The notes under the pieces: generated by a model
The model's input: only the letters and a program-made list of their open reading frames with translations
Told to the model about the DNA's origin: nothing
Database searches by the model: none
Translations under genes and position numbers: made by a program
Origin: Chiloscyllium plagiosum
Taxonomy: Eukaryota
Direction of reading: 5' to 3'
Length of the DNA stretch: 64,000 nt
NCBI RefSeq assembly: GCF_004010195.1
Contig: NC_057719.1
Location: 64,922,819 to 64,986,818, forward strand
Shown here: one piece after another, positions 12,321 to 26,458 of the stretch
How the letters are laid out: each line of letters begins with the position of its first letter
How positions within the stretch are numbered: the stretch's first letter is position 1

Positions 12321-13545
12321 TACTTTTCAATCATATCATAATTCTCTTTAAGTTATCTTTGTTTGGAGAGGGCATGTTTCCTTTTGTCAATTCAAAGTGG
12401 AAACAATAGGTCAGGATATTAACTACCTCATGCTAATTGGTGTTTCTGGCTCTTGTTTTTCTCTTTTATGGTTCTCACCTCTTCTCTGATTATTCCTGAT
12501 CTATGGAGACCTGGAAGAATCTCTTGTGTAATATATTGCAAGAGTGCTTTACATATGTCTTCTTTCTTACTCCATGAAAGAAACCCCCCTGCCCCACCCA
12601 ACCCCTACACTGTTGGTTGATAGGGTCCTCAAACACATGCGTTCTGTTTTCCACATCTGCTTTTACTTGTCCCGTCTGTCCCAGAACCACAATAGAGTCC
12701 TCCCTTAGTCCTCCTCATTCCACCTCAGCAGCATCCCTGTCGTATCTCTGAATCATTTAATTCACTCTCAGCAAAGTTTCAATAAAGAAATGAAAAATTC
12801 AGTGCTTTTACTTTCTAGTTTAATATGTACGGGGATACATCAGTGCTGTTGAGATTACATTGTCGTGGTACTCGATTTAATGGACGAGTTTGGCGGGGGG
12901 AGGAATCAATAACGTAGATGTGGGCGGTTTTCTTTGAGGCGCTAACAGTTCCTGTCCCTTCTCTGGTGATCATCAAATCTGGACCAGACTGTCATCAGCT
13001 CTGTGTCTTTCTGTACAATGAGTACATTGACCTTAGTAAAATGTTAACTTCTGAAGCAATGGAGCAAGATTTACCCAGTTAAAAAGTCACGTGTATTTGA
13101 GTTGCTTTCCTTAACTTGCCTGACATGAATTACAAAGGTTAGGTCTTTGGTTAGTTGTATAGACCTGCTTTCAATCTTATATATTTCTGTACTTAATTGC
13201 ATAATAATTTTCTTCTTATTGTATCCAGAATTGTATGTAGAACTTGTATTCAGGCTATTCATGTGTTTCTTTACAAAACAAAACAGCTCTTGATGAGGGA
13301 AAAGATCAAATGAACAGATGTGGCAAACATTTCACCAGTGAGGTCAAGTTGATAAATTATGGAAATATGTTTGCTCATGTTTTGAAATCTGATCAAGGAC
13401 ATAACTCCCTGCTGTATTGCTTTATTCGTTTATAGTCCAGTTTCACCTTTCTTACTCTTATATGTTCCAGTGTAACCCCTTAATTCAAAACATATTAATA
13501 ATTTCTTTACCAATTTATTTTGCCTTAGTTATTAACTCTATAGAA

Positions 13546-13750
13546 GGGGTCAGTTAGCTGAGGTGGCTGGACAGCTGGTTTGTGATGAAGAATGATTCCT
13601 TGGGTTCAATTCCAGTTCTGGCTAAAGTTACCGATTCTCCTTCCCAACCTTTTCCCTAACTGAGATGTGGTGACCTTCAGGTTAAACTCACCACCAGATG
13701 TCTCTGTCTAGTAAGAGAGCAGTCCAATAGGACTATGGTGACTTTACCTT
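13546..13750 (+). mobile_element. tRNA-derived SINE of a second family
   Basis: A-box-like TAGCTGAGGTGG and B-box GGTTCAATTCC, then a non-tRNA body ending ACTATGGTGACTTTACCTT. Confidence 0.75.
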
Positions 13751-14699
13751 TGTGCAGTATGTAGAATGAGCCACAAAGAACAGCAGTTTGGCAATTAAAA
13801 CCACAGAAGGTGATTAGCGCTGAAGTCTTATGTGCAGAGAAGAACGGCACAGAAGTTGTTTGTGTTTACGATGTGATCAAAATGGGCATTTTCTTCTCAT
13901 CTGTTTACATCCACCTTTGCACCCGAAAACTGTTTTTAACTTTTGGATGAACGTTTCCTTCTGGCAACTGCCAAGAAAGTACAGCTGTTACTGAGAAAAC
14001 ATTTTCTGCAAAAGGTTGCTTTGAGTTTGGCCTCAAGTTAGAATCCTCTTTTCAAAGTATTTCTGTCTGTCATTATGATTACTCCTTGTAAATAATAAAT
14101 TAATGCTACCAGATGCCAAAGCTGCCTGTTTGTGAACACTGTCAGGGCAGTATAACTGGGATCTCTGCCTCGACACTGGGAGCCAGTTCTCCACACCTGA
14201 GAATATTATGTTTATAAAATTTTCTTTGCAAAAGATTAATAATTTCTGTAATTCTGACGGTCAGTTAGTTCACAAAAATGTAAGAAATCGAAGCAGGATC
14301 CCTCAAGCCTATTTTTCCATTCAGTATGATTAAGATTGTCAACAGGAGTTTTCTTGTTTAAGCCTAGATATTTGTTATGACTATGGGCCAAATCTTCTGA
14401 TTTTTTTGGCAAAGTGCACATTTTCTGGAGGGTTTCTTGCCAGTTTTTTTTTCCACAGGTTTTCTTGCATCTCTTTTCAGACTTGCCACATTAATTACTA
14501 ACCCCACCTCTATGTGGTCTCTCACATCCAATTTGCACCCTGTCCTTCCACATGCTATTGCTGGAAGAAATTGTCATTCAGATGATATCCACTGATTTCC
14601 CAACATCTCTTGCGCATTTGTAAAAGTGCATTATGCACCTGGATGAGCACTGGCATTCTGAAGCTGCCCTGCTCAGTCAAGGAGGTGTGCTCAAGATGC

Positions 14700-14910
14700 C
14701 AGAAAAATGGGAAGATGGCAAAGTGTTTCTTTGACAGAGACCTGGGTATTCTTGTAGATGGGTGATGCACAGGACAGATGTCTTGTTTCCAGAGGACTAG
14801 CAGAACAATGAGATACTGCCAGCCTGGGCTGATGTTACCACCCAGGTCACTGCCATCTCTAGGATGTGAAGGAATGGCCAATGCTAACCTTTTGTGCAGG
14901 ACCAGGGTAC
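14700..14910 (+). mobile_element. Degenerate Myb/SANT-like ORF of PIF/Harbinger type
   Basis: Frameshifted KMAKCFFDRDLGILVDG/MHRTDVLFPED..ILPAWADVTTQVTAIS; homologous to 38838-39075. Confidence 0.6.
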
Positions 14911-15679
14911 GTGCCACAACTCTTCTCTCAGCTACTTTGCACAGACTCTATCACTGCCATTACATCCATCTCCCACCAAAACCCTGCCACTCTCTCTACT
15001 GCAGTCAATACCTTCCTTCACCCCCTGACTGATGGGTTCCTCCATGGTCTTCGATGTTGACTACTTTCTTAAGACTGAGATTTTGGGAAACCTGCTTGCT
15101 GCACATGCAGTGTGTTTGCTTTGTGAGGTGATGGCACATGCAGCAAGTGTGAGATTGATGTAGCAAACTGTCAGGATGTGCATCCACTAGACTGACGGCT
15201 GAACTGCAAGGCAAGCTGCCTTGGAGGCACTAAGAGAACAAGTGAGTGACTCTGAGATGCAGTCTGGTTCAGTCTGTGGGCTGTACCTATCGCTGTGCAG
15301 AATATTTCCCTGCTGCAGCTTTCACTTATGGTTGTAATCAGTGGCAAATGATGGATGCCAGTGTCTGTGAAGGAGGTGCTTTCTATTAATAGTGCCCTGA
15401 GCTGCAATTTAACTCGCAGGTAACATGAATGAATGATCGATTTTATTGAATGAATAATTTTATTATTACGTGTGTTTTATAGTGAGAAAAATAATAAAGT
15501 ATAGTGAAAAGCTTTCGTTTTGTCACTACAATACAGCATCATTTTGAGAGTTTAAAAATAAGAGTAAAATGAAAAGATACAGCTTAAAGACAAGGATGGT
15601 TCTAAATCAGAAAAAGGGTTTATTAGAAAATACAGACATGGGCAAGTCAGAGAACAAGCTAAAGTCTGAAGAAGTAATG

Positions 15680-16250
15680 AATTTCAATGCAAGGGACCTT
15701 AATAAGTAAGGCTAATGAACTCAAGGTGCATATTGGAACGTGGGACTGGGATATCATAACTTTATGTTGAGGTTATATAAAATGTTGGTGAGGCCTCTTC
15801 TGGAGTGCTGTGAGCAGTTCTGGTTGTCCTGTTACAGGAAGGATAATATTAAGCTGGTGCGAGTTCAGAAAAGATTTACCAAGATGTTGCGGGAATGGAG
15901 GGTTTGAGTTATAAAGGTGGTCAGAGACTTTTTTGACTGGAGCATAGGAAGTTGAGGGGTGTCCTTTTTGAAGTTTATAAAATCATGAGGGTCACAGATA
16001 AGGTGAATAGCAAAGGTCTTTTCCAAAAGGTTGGGAAGTCCAAAATAAGGAGGCATAGTTTTCAGGGTGAGAGGAAGAAGATTTAAAAAGTACATGAGGG
16101 GCAATGATTTTCCCCAGAGAGTGGTTCGTGTGTGGAATAATTTGGTAGAGGCAGTGGTGGGTATAGTTTGAAAGACATTTGGATAAGTACATGAATAGGA
16201 ATGTTTTGAGGGATATGGGCCAAATGCAGACAGGTGGGACAGACTCAACT
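15680..16250 (+). mobile_element. Internally deleted CR1 (APE start joined to RT C-terminus and 3' end)
   Basis: NAR..KANELKVHIGTWDWDII joined near 15760 to YKMLVRPLLECCEQFW. Confidence 0.85.
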
Positions 16251-18981
16251 AATGTCAAAGTTTGGAGGAAGAAGTGAGCTGAATCTGCCAGGTTTATGTT
16301 CTCGTCTCCTTTAGTTTTCTGGAACTTGTCAAGTTTGGTGAATTGGTCAGCTAGGAGGCTGTGTATTAATGAGGCATTAACAAGTATTTAGCGAGCATTA
16401 ATCCCTATCAATTATCACATTGCCGCTGCCTAGTAAGGATCGCATCACACCGTATCTGAAAAGCATAAAAGGCAGAGTGAAATGATCTCAACGTCAAAAT
16501 GGCTCACTGGATTTCTCATCCAATTTGCTATGTGTCCCACCACAGCCGATGTTGCTCAGATCCCTCTAAGATTCCACTCTATATGTTCAGTGGTGCAAAG
16601 CCTCAATGGTAGAAGCAAAAACTGGATGTATTCATTTATGAATAAGAAAGAGATTAAAAAGCGACCCAGACCATAACTGATTATTGATATCTGGGGAATT
16701 GTGCTAGAAAGTGTGACTGTATGTCTTTGGATGGGTATGGGATTGGGATTGGCTGTCATAGAATGATTTATTTGCATTCAAGTATTCTTGGATGACTTGG
16801 TATGCAGCACAAAGTTTAGTCCATGAGTGATTGCTCTGACAGGATCCATCATATCTTATTGAGAAAATTACTTGTTAATCTGTTGCATTACACAAAGTAT
16901 ACTATCATGATTTTGAAATAAAATAATTTATTTATAATATTTTAAGAACTCTCAATTCTGTGGGCTATCATAATGAGTGTCATATTGTTTATACGGTTGG
17001 TTTTTACACAATATTTTCTCATTTTGTTCTTTATCAATTTTAGCCATTTTTATTCAAGGATTTGTAAATGGCTAATATAGTCTTATCATCATGTGTTAAA
17101 ACCCTAGGTTAATAAAAATCTTTTTACAGACACTCAGTGTCATATTAAAATAGTTGGACTGTAAAGTTTTGCGACAATGTAAATCTGTGACGTGTAATTG
17201 ATCTTGGCTATAGCCTCTCACAAGCAAAAATGGTGTTGCATCCAAGTCATTTATGGGTATCTAACTTATTAGGCAGCATCAGGAAGCCATAATATTATGT
17301 TCTGCTCATTTTGCAAGATGATTTATGGATACTGCAGTGAAGTGAACTTTGTGTGGCCAAAGTCTATGGCTATAGGTAAAGACAGATCTGTATGCAATGT
17401 GTTCTGGATCATGAGTCATGTCTGGATAACATGCCAGGTTCATTTCTTATCAATAGTGCCTGCTGTGAATTCTAGTGCAAAGAAAACAGTTCATAATTTA
17501 TTTGTCTATTGCCCACAGTGACTCCCTCTTGAAATGCCTTGGGTATCACTAAATGAGTATCCTTCAAAATGATTTTGCTTATTCCTCACCGTTATGAATA
17601 CTCAATTATGAAGTAGGTTTACAACTGGCTGCCCGTGTTTGAAACTGACTTTGCGATTTGTCTGCCTTTTATAAAAATCATCTAACTTTCAGTTAATTGA
17701 AACTTTCTTGTGAAATATTGAAAGGAATTTAACACTTGGAGTTTTAATAGACATAGATGGCTGCAAAATTTGGATGATAATTTCAGCAGCATGGTAACTG
17801 AATGCACATGCTTTTAGAGTGAGTTGCATCAGATGCCTCTCTGCTAAGACTTTCAGTCTGTTATCTGGCAGCATGTGCTAGAAATATACAGATTAGATAA
17901 TCATGATCCCAATTAGCATGCAATTCTAATTTGCCTCTCACTGTATCATTATCAAAATCAATGCTCCTGCTAACTGACTCCTAACCTTACACAGTTGAGT
18001 GTGCATTCAGTTGCAGGGAAGTCAATCCACCAGCACCCTTTAACAGTATCATCAATTACTGACAGGTTAGGTGCCTACTGCTTTTTGTGGCTGTAGGTGA
18101 GTTAGTAAAAGCTTCTGGACATTTCTTATGCTATTTAACCTTGTTAAAGGGAGTGGTTGGCACAAGGTAAAGGCTTGCATTCTCACTTCAAATGTGCTGC
18201 TCAAAGTACTTGTTTCCAGGCACAGTTGCTGTGGTTTACATTCGATTTTTTTCTGCTGCACAATGGAAAATTTAAGAGGTGATGCAGAGAAGAACAAGGG
18301 GAGAAAAGTCCTCGGGAGCATGTCTACTTAAGTTCTTAACAGACCATTTCTCTTGGCTATACCAAACCACTAACAAGGTGTGTTAACATTTTAATTGATC
18401 GAGGAGGTGTTCCTTAAAGTTTGTCAGCTCTTGTAATTCGACCTATAGCCGTAGAGCAGGGAAATAGATGGCACTGCTCGTGGTTCTGTGTGCAAAAAGA
18501 CTGATGAATATGTTTGACTTCTTCCAGGCTGCAGTAGAGATAATTTCAATGTCTAGCCATTTGCCTTACACTATTGTATAAGGAAGGTGAGGAAAGGCAA
18601 TGAATTAGCTTTTTGCTTTCCAGAGAGAAGCAGCTCAGCTTGCACGTGGTTTCAACTTGATGATGGGCTTCCACAGGATGGAGGGATTTGACAGTGCATG
18701 CTTTGATTTGTAGGCTCCAAGTCTATATTCAGAGATGTACCATGATTGCAAGGAGATCTACTTCAAAATGTAGATGGAATTCAGTCATATTCAGACTATC
18801 ATTGAAATCAATGTCCTGGCAGGAATTTTGATGCTGCCATTCTGATCATTTGCTTTACCATCAGCATTTGAGTCAAAAAAGTGATAACATGTCTAATGGC
18901 TTACATTAACTATCCATTCCCAATTGGCTCATGTTTTTGATGTGCCACTAAGATGTGTAGGCAGTATGCATAATGAATGTC

Positions 18982-19287
18982 AGATGAGATGCCCTACAGT
19001 GTGGAAATGGGGCCTGGAGCCCAACAAGCCCACACCGACCCTCCGAAGAGTAACCCACCCAGACCCATTTCCCTCTGACTAATACACCTAACACTACAAG
19101 CAATTTAGCACGGCCAATTCACCTGACCTGTACATCTTTTGGAACATAGGAGGAAACCAGAGCACCTGGAAGAAACCCATACAGACAGGGGGAGGACATG
19201 CAAACTCCACACAGGCAGTCACCCAAGGCTGAAATCAAACCCAGGTTCCTGGCACTGTGAGGCAGCAGTGCTAATCACTGTGCCACT
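18982..19287 (-). mobile_element. HE1-type SINE
   Basis: Matches the other HE1 copies. Confidence 0.9.
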
Positions 19288-19299
19288 CCAGATTGCAGT

Positions 19300-20330
19300 A
19301 CTAAATCTGAAACCAGAGTCTTAAATTTAGTCAAAAGAAACTATGAAGGTGTCAGAGGCAAGTTGGCTTTGGAGGAGTGGGAAATATACTAAAAAATAGG
19401 ATGATACATAGGCAATGGTAAACATTTAAAGAATTAATGCATAGCTCACAAGAAACACATTGCTTTACGGAACAAAAACCCAACAGGAAATGTAGTCTAC
19501 CATGGCTAATGCAAGGAAGGTACAGATAGTATTAAATCAAACATAGAAACTTACAAAGATACCAAAAAAATTAAGCCTGTGGTTTGGAAATCTTTTAGAA
19601 TTCTGAAAATGTGGGCTTAAAAAATGATAAAAGAAGGGAGAATAAACTCATAATGTAAACTAGCAAGGAACATAACTGGTAAAGCTTCTATACGTACGTA
19701 AAATGAAAAAGGTTAGTAAAGGCAAAGATGATTTCTAATGGGAAATATGGAAATGGCAGAGAAGCTAAATAATTCCTTTGTGTCTATCTTCATGGTGCAA
19801 GACACAAGAAATCTCCCAGACATAATAGTTACCCGAGAGACTAATGAGAATGAGGAACTAAAATAAGTCAGTAAGAAAAAGTAGTACTGGTTAAATTAGT
19901 ATGAGTGAAAGCCTACAAATTCCCAGAATGGGATGATCTACATTTCAGAAGGAGAAGACTATAGAGGTAATTAATAAATCAGGGATCATCTTTGAATATT
20001 CTGCAGATTCTGAAATGGTAGGTGCACATTGTAGCTTGAGGGTCTACAACCATGGGATACAGCCTGAAAATAAACCACATGCCATTTAGAACCTGAAATG
20101 AGGAGGCATTTCCTTGCCCTAAGTATAGTGAATTTTTGTACTTTGTACTAGAAGGCTGTGGAATCTCAAACAGTATGTTCAAGGCAATGATAGATTTCTA
20201 GGTACTAATGTTATCTGGGCAATATGGGGATCATATTGTAAAATGCCACCGAAGTAGAAGAACAGTGAGGAGCAGCTTGATGTACTGAATGGTTCAGTCC
20301 TGCTTCTCTCGGTCTACGTTTCTATTAACT
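19300..20330 (+). mobile_element. Old CR1 fragment with internal deletions
   Basis: Degenerate CR1 ORF2 linker (EMAEKLNNSFVSIF) and 3' UTR. Confidence 0.7.
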
Positions 20331-23300
20331 ACATAAACAGTCCATGAAGACTTAGCCATTGTCAGAAAATGGGGTTTTGAGTTTCACCCCTTCAAATATT
20401 GTTATGACAGAATAATTTTCTTTTCAACCCATCCTCAAGAATTAAAATCCAAAACTAAAATATCTGCAAGAAGTATTGAAAACCAGTTTCATGAATTATT
20501 TGAATAAGGTCAGTTGTTAACCAAAAATGTTGTATCTTAATAACTCCTCAGTGAAATATCTTGAAAGCTCATTTTCATGTTAATGTCTCATCCAGATATG
20601 AAATCTAGTGGCAGGGCCATGTATATTGAGAGGAATGAAAAGGTCATCTGATATTTCAACTTCAATTTGAAAAAATGTAGTCCATTCTTCATTTTGTTTT
20701 AAAAGTGTGTCCATTATGAATTTATTCTCCATAATTCCTTGAGTTTATATGGTGTGTGTACAAGAGGAATATCTGTTATTCATTTCTTCAATTCATGGAC
20801 AGCAGTTAGTAATCCCTAATATTCTTTTGTACTTTCATTAAATTCCTCATGTATCAACTGTTCATCAAGTACAAATTTTCTTTTTAAATATGGGCACCTT
20901 TGACTGACAGTGCATCTGGAAGGATTTTGTTGCTTCACCAGGCTTAAAAACATGAGTTGATAGGGGACTTCCTCTCAAGCATCTGCTTTTTCTATAGAGG
21001 AAGAACCTCAATTCACTTCTGACCTTTGGCTGCTATTCAAAGGAATAAAAATGAGAAATAATTGTTGCTTAACAGTTTTATATTTAGATTGTAGATAACT
21101 TCTCTAAAACTGTTCTTTTGACTTTTTTCATGAATGACCTGAAGTTTATGAGCTCCAGGCACTGTTGAGTCCTATCAATCCTTTATATGAATGAAAGAGC
21201 ATGGCATTATACTAAATCACATCAGTTGAATTTCCCTCCGAGTGCTTTTTTATATGTACCTTAGTGTGAGTCATGAGATTAAGTAAGGAAACCGAGTTGT
21301 ATTAATATAGAAACAAAGCCAGAAAGTGAGTAAACAAAATTAGCCCCAACAAAATAGGATTGTTGTGTCACCCTATCTATCTCATTGGAACAATGCAATT
21401 AAAGTCTTTGGCCAGAATCTTTCCAGCCACTGAAAGACATTGGTGGTGGTTAGAATGTTGGGAAAATGATGTGAGATTGCCTGTAAGGATCTTCTCAACA
21501 GTCAACAGTAAAATGTTCAATTTTCCAACCTACAGTTGAACAACGAGATGAGATTCTCATCAGTGAGCAGCCTGCTGGTATGTTTTGGCATGCATTAACA
21601 TCTTATTGGTTCATTTCCTCTTATTGATATGCAGTTTCCCTGTCTCCCATTCACCAGATGGAAACTGGTTGGCGATATTTCTCAACATGAAAGTTAGAGC
21701 AGTTACCTAATGACTTTAACATGCTGTTTCCTCCTCTCCCTGACCAGCTTGGCCACCAGTTGCCAACAACTCTGGCTATACTTCATTGGCAGTGATTGCG
21801 CACACCTTCCCCTGTCTATGGACAATTGCATCCAAAGTGCACCAGCTTCACCACACCCATGGCACCTGAAAGGCGGGTGTGATTCCCATGCTGTACTTTG
21901 GAACACACTGACATCATTCATTGCAATGCTATCACAAGGATACTTTGCACACAGGAACAGACATCCATCTTGGGATATTTTACTGCATTATTGGTGTTGT
22001 ATAAATGTAAGTTGTTTTTGGTGCTGGTGGTTATGGAACATATCTAAGGATTTGCAAGATATCCAGGAATTAAACATTTATTCAGATCTGTTAGATCCAA
22101 TATATTTTACACCAACTCTGTACACATCTAGGTTCTGTTGTGGGCTTCTTAAATATCCAAAAGATGCTGAAGAGCAAAGATTAACATAAACTATTTGGCC
22201 ATTGGCAGAATGCCACTCTGCCATTGTCTTTACAATAATGAGTGTTGTATAAGGTGTTAGTTCCTAAAGAGTTATAATCATGAAAACTGCAACAAATATG
22301 ATGAGTTCCTAAGGACTTGGATGGAGAGAACAGCTCTACATCGTGAAGAAGATCGGCCTACCATCTAGGCTTCCTCATCATTTTTTTAAAAATGTCTATC
22401 GTATCAATGTGACTTGAACCTAATTGCTATCATGCAATGTCCAATTTCTTGTTTCAGATCTTCACATTAGACTGCCAAGTTGTTTATCTCTGCCACACGA
22501 GACTAAGCAGAATAGTGACAGGGAATCTATCTTATGCTGACAAAGTGTCCCAATAGGTCATACGACATGAACTGTGGTGAAGATTCATCATACACCACAA
22601 TTCCAACAGTTGGCATTGCTTTGGCATTTAGTCGTGTGTATTTTTTTTTAATGTTAATGTTTCAATATCCCCTCCCTAAAGCTTCCTGTTATTTTGAGTT
22701 TAGCATCATATCAGAGATACATTGAATCTAGGGTCAATGGCAAGATAGCAGAGAAGGCAGAATATTTGCACTTCTGCCCCCTGCAACACATTCTTGGCAT
22801 TGCCGGTGTTGTCATACAGTGATATCTGTTGCTGTTTAGTCTTTACTTACAATTAGCCTGTGTGTGACTCAGGTAATTGAATGTTTATGTTTCTAGTAGC
22901 CAAACATTTGGAGAACAGGATAAGGGTCTTGTCAATTCCAGCGAGCAGACTGAAAAGGATATTCTGTTTAATCCTGGCCGTTTCTACATTACCATATACA
23001 GTGCCTTATATGGTTCACTGTACTACAGAAGTTTAGCAGATGTGAGGACTCCTTGTGAGTGTGCTGTCTGGTGAAGGGCATGTGATAAATATGTAAGAAA
23101 GTCTTGAAAATTGTGACAATAAGATTAATTTTCTGACCCATGAAAGTATCTTCCATGCATATTTTCAGCAATTTAAAATAAACAGAAAGGGAATTAAAAT
23201 TCAGAAAAGAATCAAGAAATAATAATTCATGAATTGCTGGACAGAGAAAGTGACAGCTCACAGCCTTGTGTTTTGGCCCTCAGTAGGAATTGACAAATAT

Positions 23301-23429
23301 GGTAAAGGAAAGAGGAGCAAAACTATAAGTACGTCAATCACTAAGAGAAAACAAATCAGTAGAATGACTTGCAAACTCTACTATCCTTGATTCTTTTCCA
23401 AATCTAGAGAATATCATTAACTATGCTTC

Positions 23430-23850
23430 CTACAACAACTTGCATCTATATAGTATGTTTAATGGAGTAAAATGTCCAGAAGTGCTTCACAAAATCATTA
23501 TCAAATAGAATGTGGCATCGAGTTGCATCAGATGGTATTGTGATGGGTTATAAAATCTTAATCAAAGAGTTAATTTTGTAGCAAAAGATAAAGAATATTG
23601 AGCCAGACAGATTTAGAGAAGCTATTCTAGAGCTAAATCCAAGATGATCAAAGATACAGCAAAGGCAGAATGGGAGATATCAGGGTGTAAACGAGGATGG
23701 AACTGGAAGATCGTAGAGTATTTGGAAGGTTGTAAAGCAGGGAAAGGTTAAAGTTGTATGGACAGACGAGGCCTTGGACCAATTTGAACACAGGAATGAG
23801 AATTTTAAAACCAAATAGTTGGTGGAGTGAAATGCAAACATATATCATGA
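23430..23850 (-). mobile_element. L2-like LINE 3' fragment
   Basis: ORF 23648-23848 has FKILIPVFKLVQGLVCPY..YNLPNTLRSSSS, typical of an L2 ORF2 C-terminus. Confidence 0.65.
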
Positions 23851-25647
23851 ACCAACCTGATTCAAATTTACATGTTACATGGTCTGTCTCAAACTGTTTA
23901 TTTTCCTTCCAGAAGTTCTCTTGCCATTTTTAGTGGTATGGTTTACTACAATTACTTGAATTACTCTTCATCTGATCAAGCTTCGCCTCTTTCTTCCTCT
24001 GCATCTTTGTCATACTGAATAAAAATACAAGCAATAACAGGCAAAGAAAAACACCACTGAACCATCCAGCCTGACCACCTTATGATATCTTGAATCTCAC
24101 CTAAACACCATACAATCTCTTGGGAGAGGCAAAGACAGCAGGTGATTTTGGCCACAAATGTGAAGAATTCTTCTTCAAGCTGTTCAATAGACAGTTAAAA
24201 CTGATCCACAACATTGCTCTGGCCCTGATAATATTATGCAGTGCATATTTTTGTGACATATAATCTTCAATCTAGCCACAATCAGGTCCACCTCTCACTT
24301 GAAGGAGTTTAATGTTCTCTTATTGGTGTCCACCGTTCTGGAAGCACGAGTGTCGAGGAGAGGAATGACTCCTGAAATCTGACCCACGTCAGTCCTGTAT
24401 ACTACTTTGCATTCTGACTGTTGGCCCTGACAAATGGATTAATTGGAATATAGCTACTCCAATGATTCTATATTCCTTAGCAGTGCTTCTGCAATGTACC
24501 TTTGTCCTCAGTTGAAGTTTTGCCTCAACTTTGTTCAATAGAATTCCTGTCTTTTTCTGTTATCTGCCCTTTTTTCCCTGATGCTAGGTACACCCACTCA
24601 CCCCCCCACTTCACAAATATTGGACCCCGATGTCTGTCCTTTCAATCCATGAAAACAACTCTTGCCTCATTGACCACATGATTCACCCAAAACATATAAC
24701 TTCCCCCTCTAAGTTGGAAGGCCAAAAGTTCTTTTTTTTTGAAGATGGTGCTCCTTTAATGACTTCCCTTTTATTCATTTTTTCATTTGTTAAAATTTTA
24801 TGTTGAACCATGACAAAAAAAGGCATTACTGGTAAGTGCTTTCTTTCATAACCCAGACGATCTGTAGCATCAATATCTGCATGATCCCATCTCAGTTACA
24901 GATGCCCTCAAATAATGTGTCCTCAGCAAATTCTTAAAGATATCTTTAGTTTGTTTTTAAGCATGCACTCTAACTGCTAGGCTTTTTTCAACCAATGTAA
25001 AAATTACAATTGATTCACAAGCTTTCTGCTTTCTTTAATGTAGGAGGATTGATCCCTGAGCAGCGGTGACCATGTCATGATATTCTCAAGATGACTTTTA
25101 AATGTCAAATCAAATTCAGATATCTCTTGAGTTGTAATCAAATGTTTTCACATCTTTCAGTAATAGGGACAAATATAATGGTAACAAATTTAATCAGTTT
25201 AATTTCAAGAATATTTTATTAAACTAATGATCTTGGCTTGGCCAGTTAAAGGCTGCTGTAACATGATCTCCCTCTCAACTTACTTTTAAGATTGTTGATA
25301 TTTGAACTCAAAACCTCAAAGGTCAAAACCAGCAGATTAGCCTCTTAATCCACCTATACATCGAGCTTCAGATCTTATAATAGGTGTTGTGTGAACCGGT
25401 CTAAACCTGATACCATTTTTGAAATGGTTGCCCAATGTTTTAACTTCCCACATACCACAAGATGGAGGTTTCAGGCTTTCAAATGGCTGTATTTGATATT
25501 GCTTCAGTTAATTTGGATTGAATACAGAATGTTTCTCCCATCATTGCTAATGCTTCTTTTGAAAAAAAAATCATATCAGAGAAATTCAAGATGATTGTCC
25601 TCAGTTTTCTATCACCATTTTGTTACTTTCAGAAATTCAAATCCTAG

Positions 25648-26458
25648 TCATAGAGTCAAAGAGTCAGAGAGATGTATAGCATGGAAACAGACTTTACAGT
25701 CTAACTCGTCCATGCCAACCAGATATCCCAACCCAATCTCGTTCCACCTGTCAGCACCTGGCCCATATCCTTCCAAACCCTTCCTATTTATATACCCATC
25801 CAGATGCCTTTTAAATTTAGCCTCCACGACTTCCTCTGGCAGCTCATTCCATACACATACCATCCTCTGTGTGAAAAATTGCCTCTTAGATCTCTTTTAT
25901 ATCTTTCCCCTCTCACCCTAAACCTATACCCTCTAGTTCTGGACTCCCCTACCACAGGAAAATACTGTCTATTTATCCTATCCATGTCTCTCATGATTTT
26001 ATAAACCTCGATAAGGTCACCCCTCAGCCTCCGACGCTCCAGGGAAAACAGACCCAGCCTGTTCAGCCTCTCCCTATAGCTCAAATCCTCCAACCCTGGC
26101 AACATCCTTGTAAATCTTTTCTGAACCCTTTCAACTTTCACAACTTCTTTCCGATAGGAAGGAGACCAGAATTGCATGCAATATTCCAACAGTGGCCTAA
26201 CCAATGTCCTGGACAGCCGCAACATGACCTCCCAACACCTGCACTCAATACTCTGACCAACAAAGGAAAGCATACCAAACACCTTCTTCACTATCCTATC
26301 TACCTACGACTCCACTTTCAAGGAACTATGAGCCTGCACTCCAAGGTCTCTTTGTTCAGCAACGCTCCCTAACACCTTAAGTTATAAGTCCTGCTAAGAT
26401 TTGCTTTCCCAAAATGCAGCACCTCACATTTATCTAAATTAAACTCCATCTGCAACTT
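25648..26458 (-). mobile_element. Young 5'-truncated CR1 LINE
   Basis: ORF 25788-26291 has LVRPLLEYCMQFWSP..RRLRGDLIEVYKIM; closely similar to 10680-11470. Confidence 0.96.

Noticed and set aside
18528..18590. AG...GTGAG exon-like segment
   Set aside because: Stop codons in all three frames; cannot be supported as coding
21703..21921. Possible third Myb/SANT fossil
   Set aside because: Only a WQLVAKLV-like word matches; too weak
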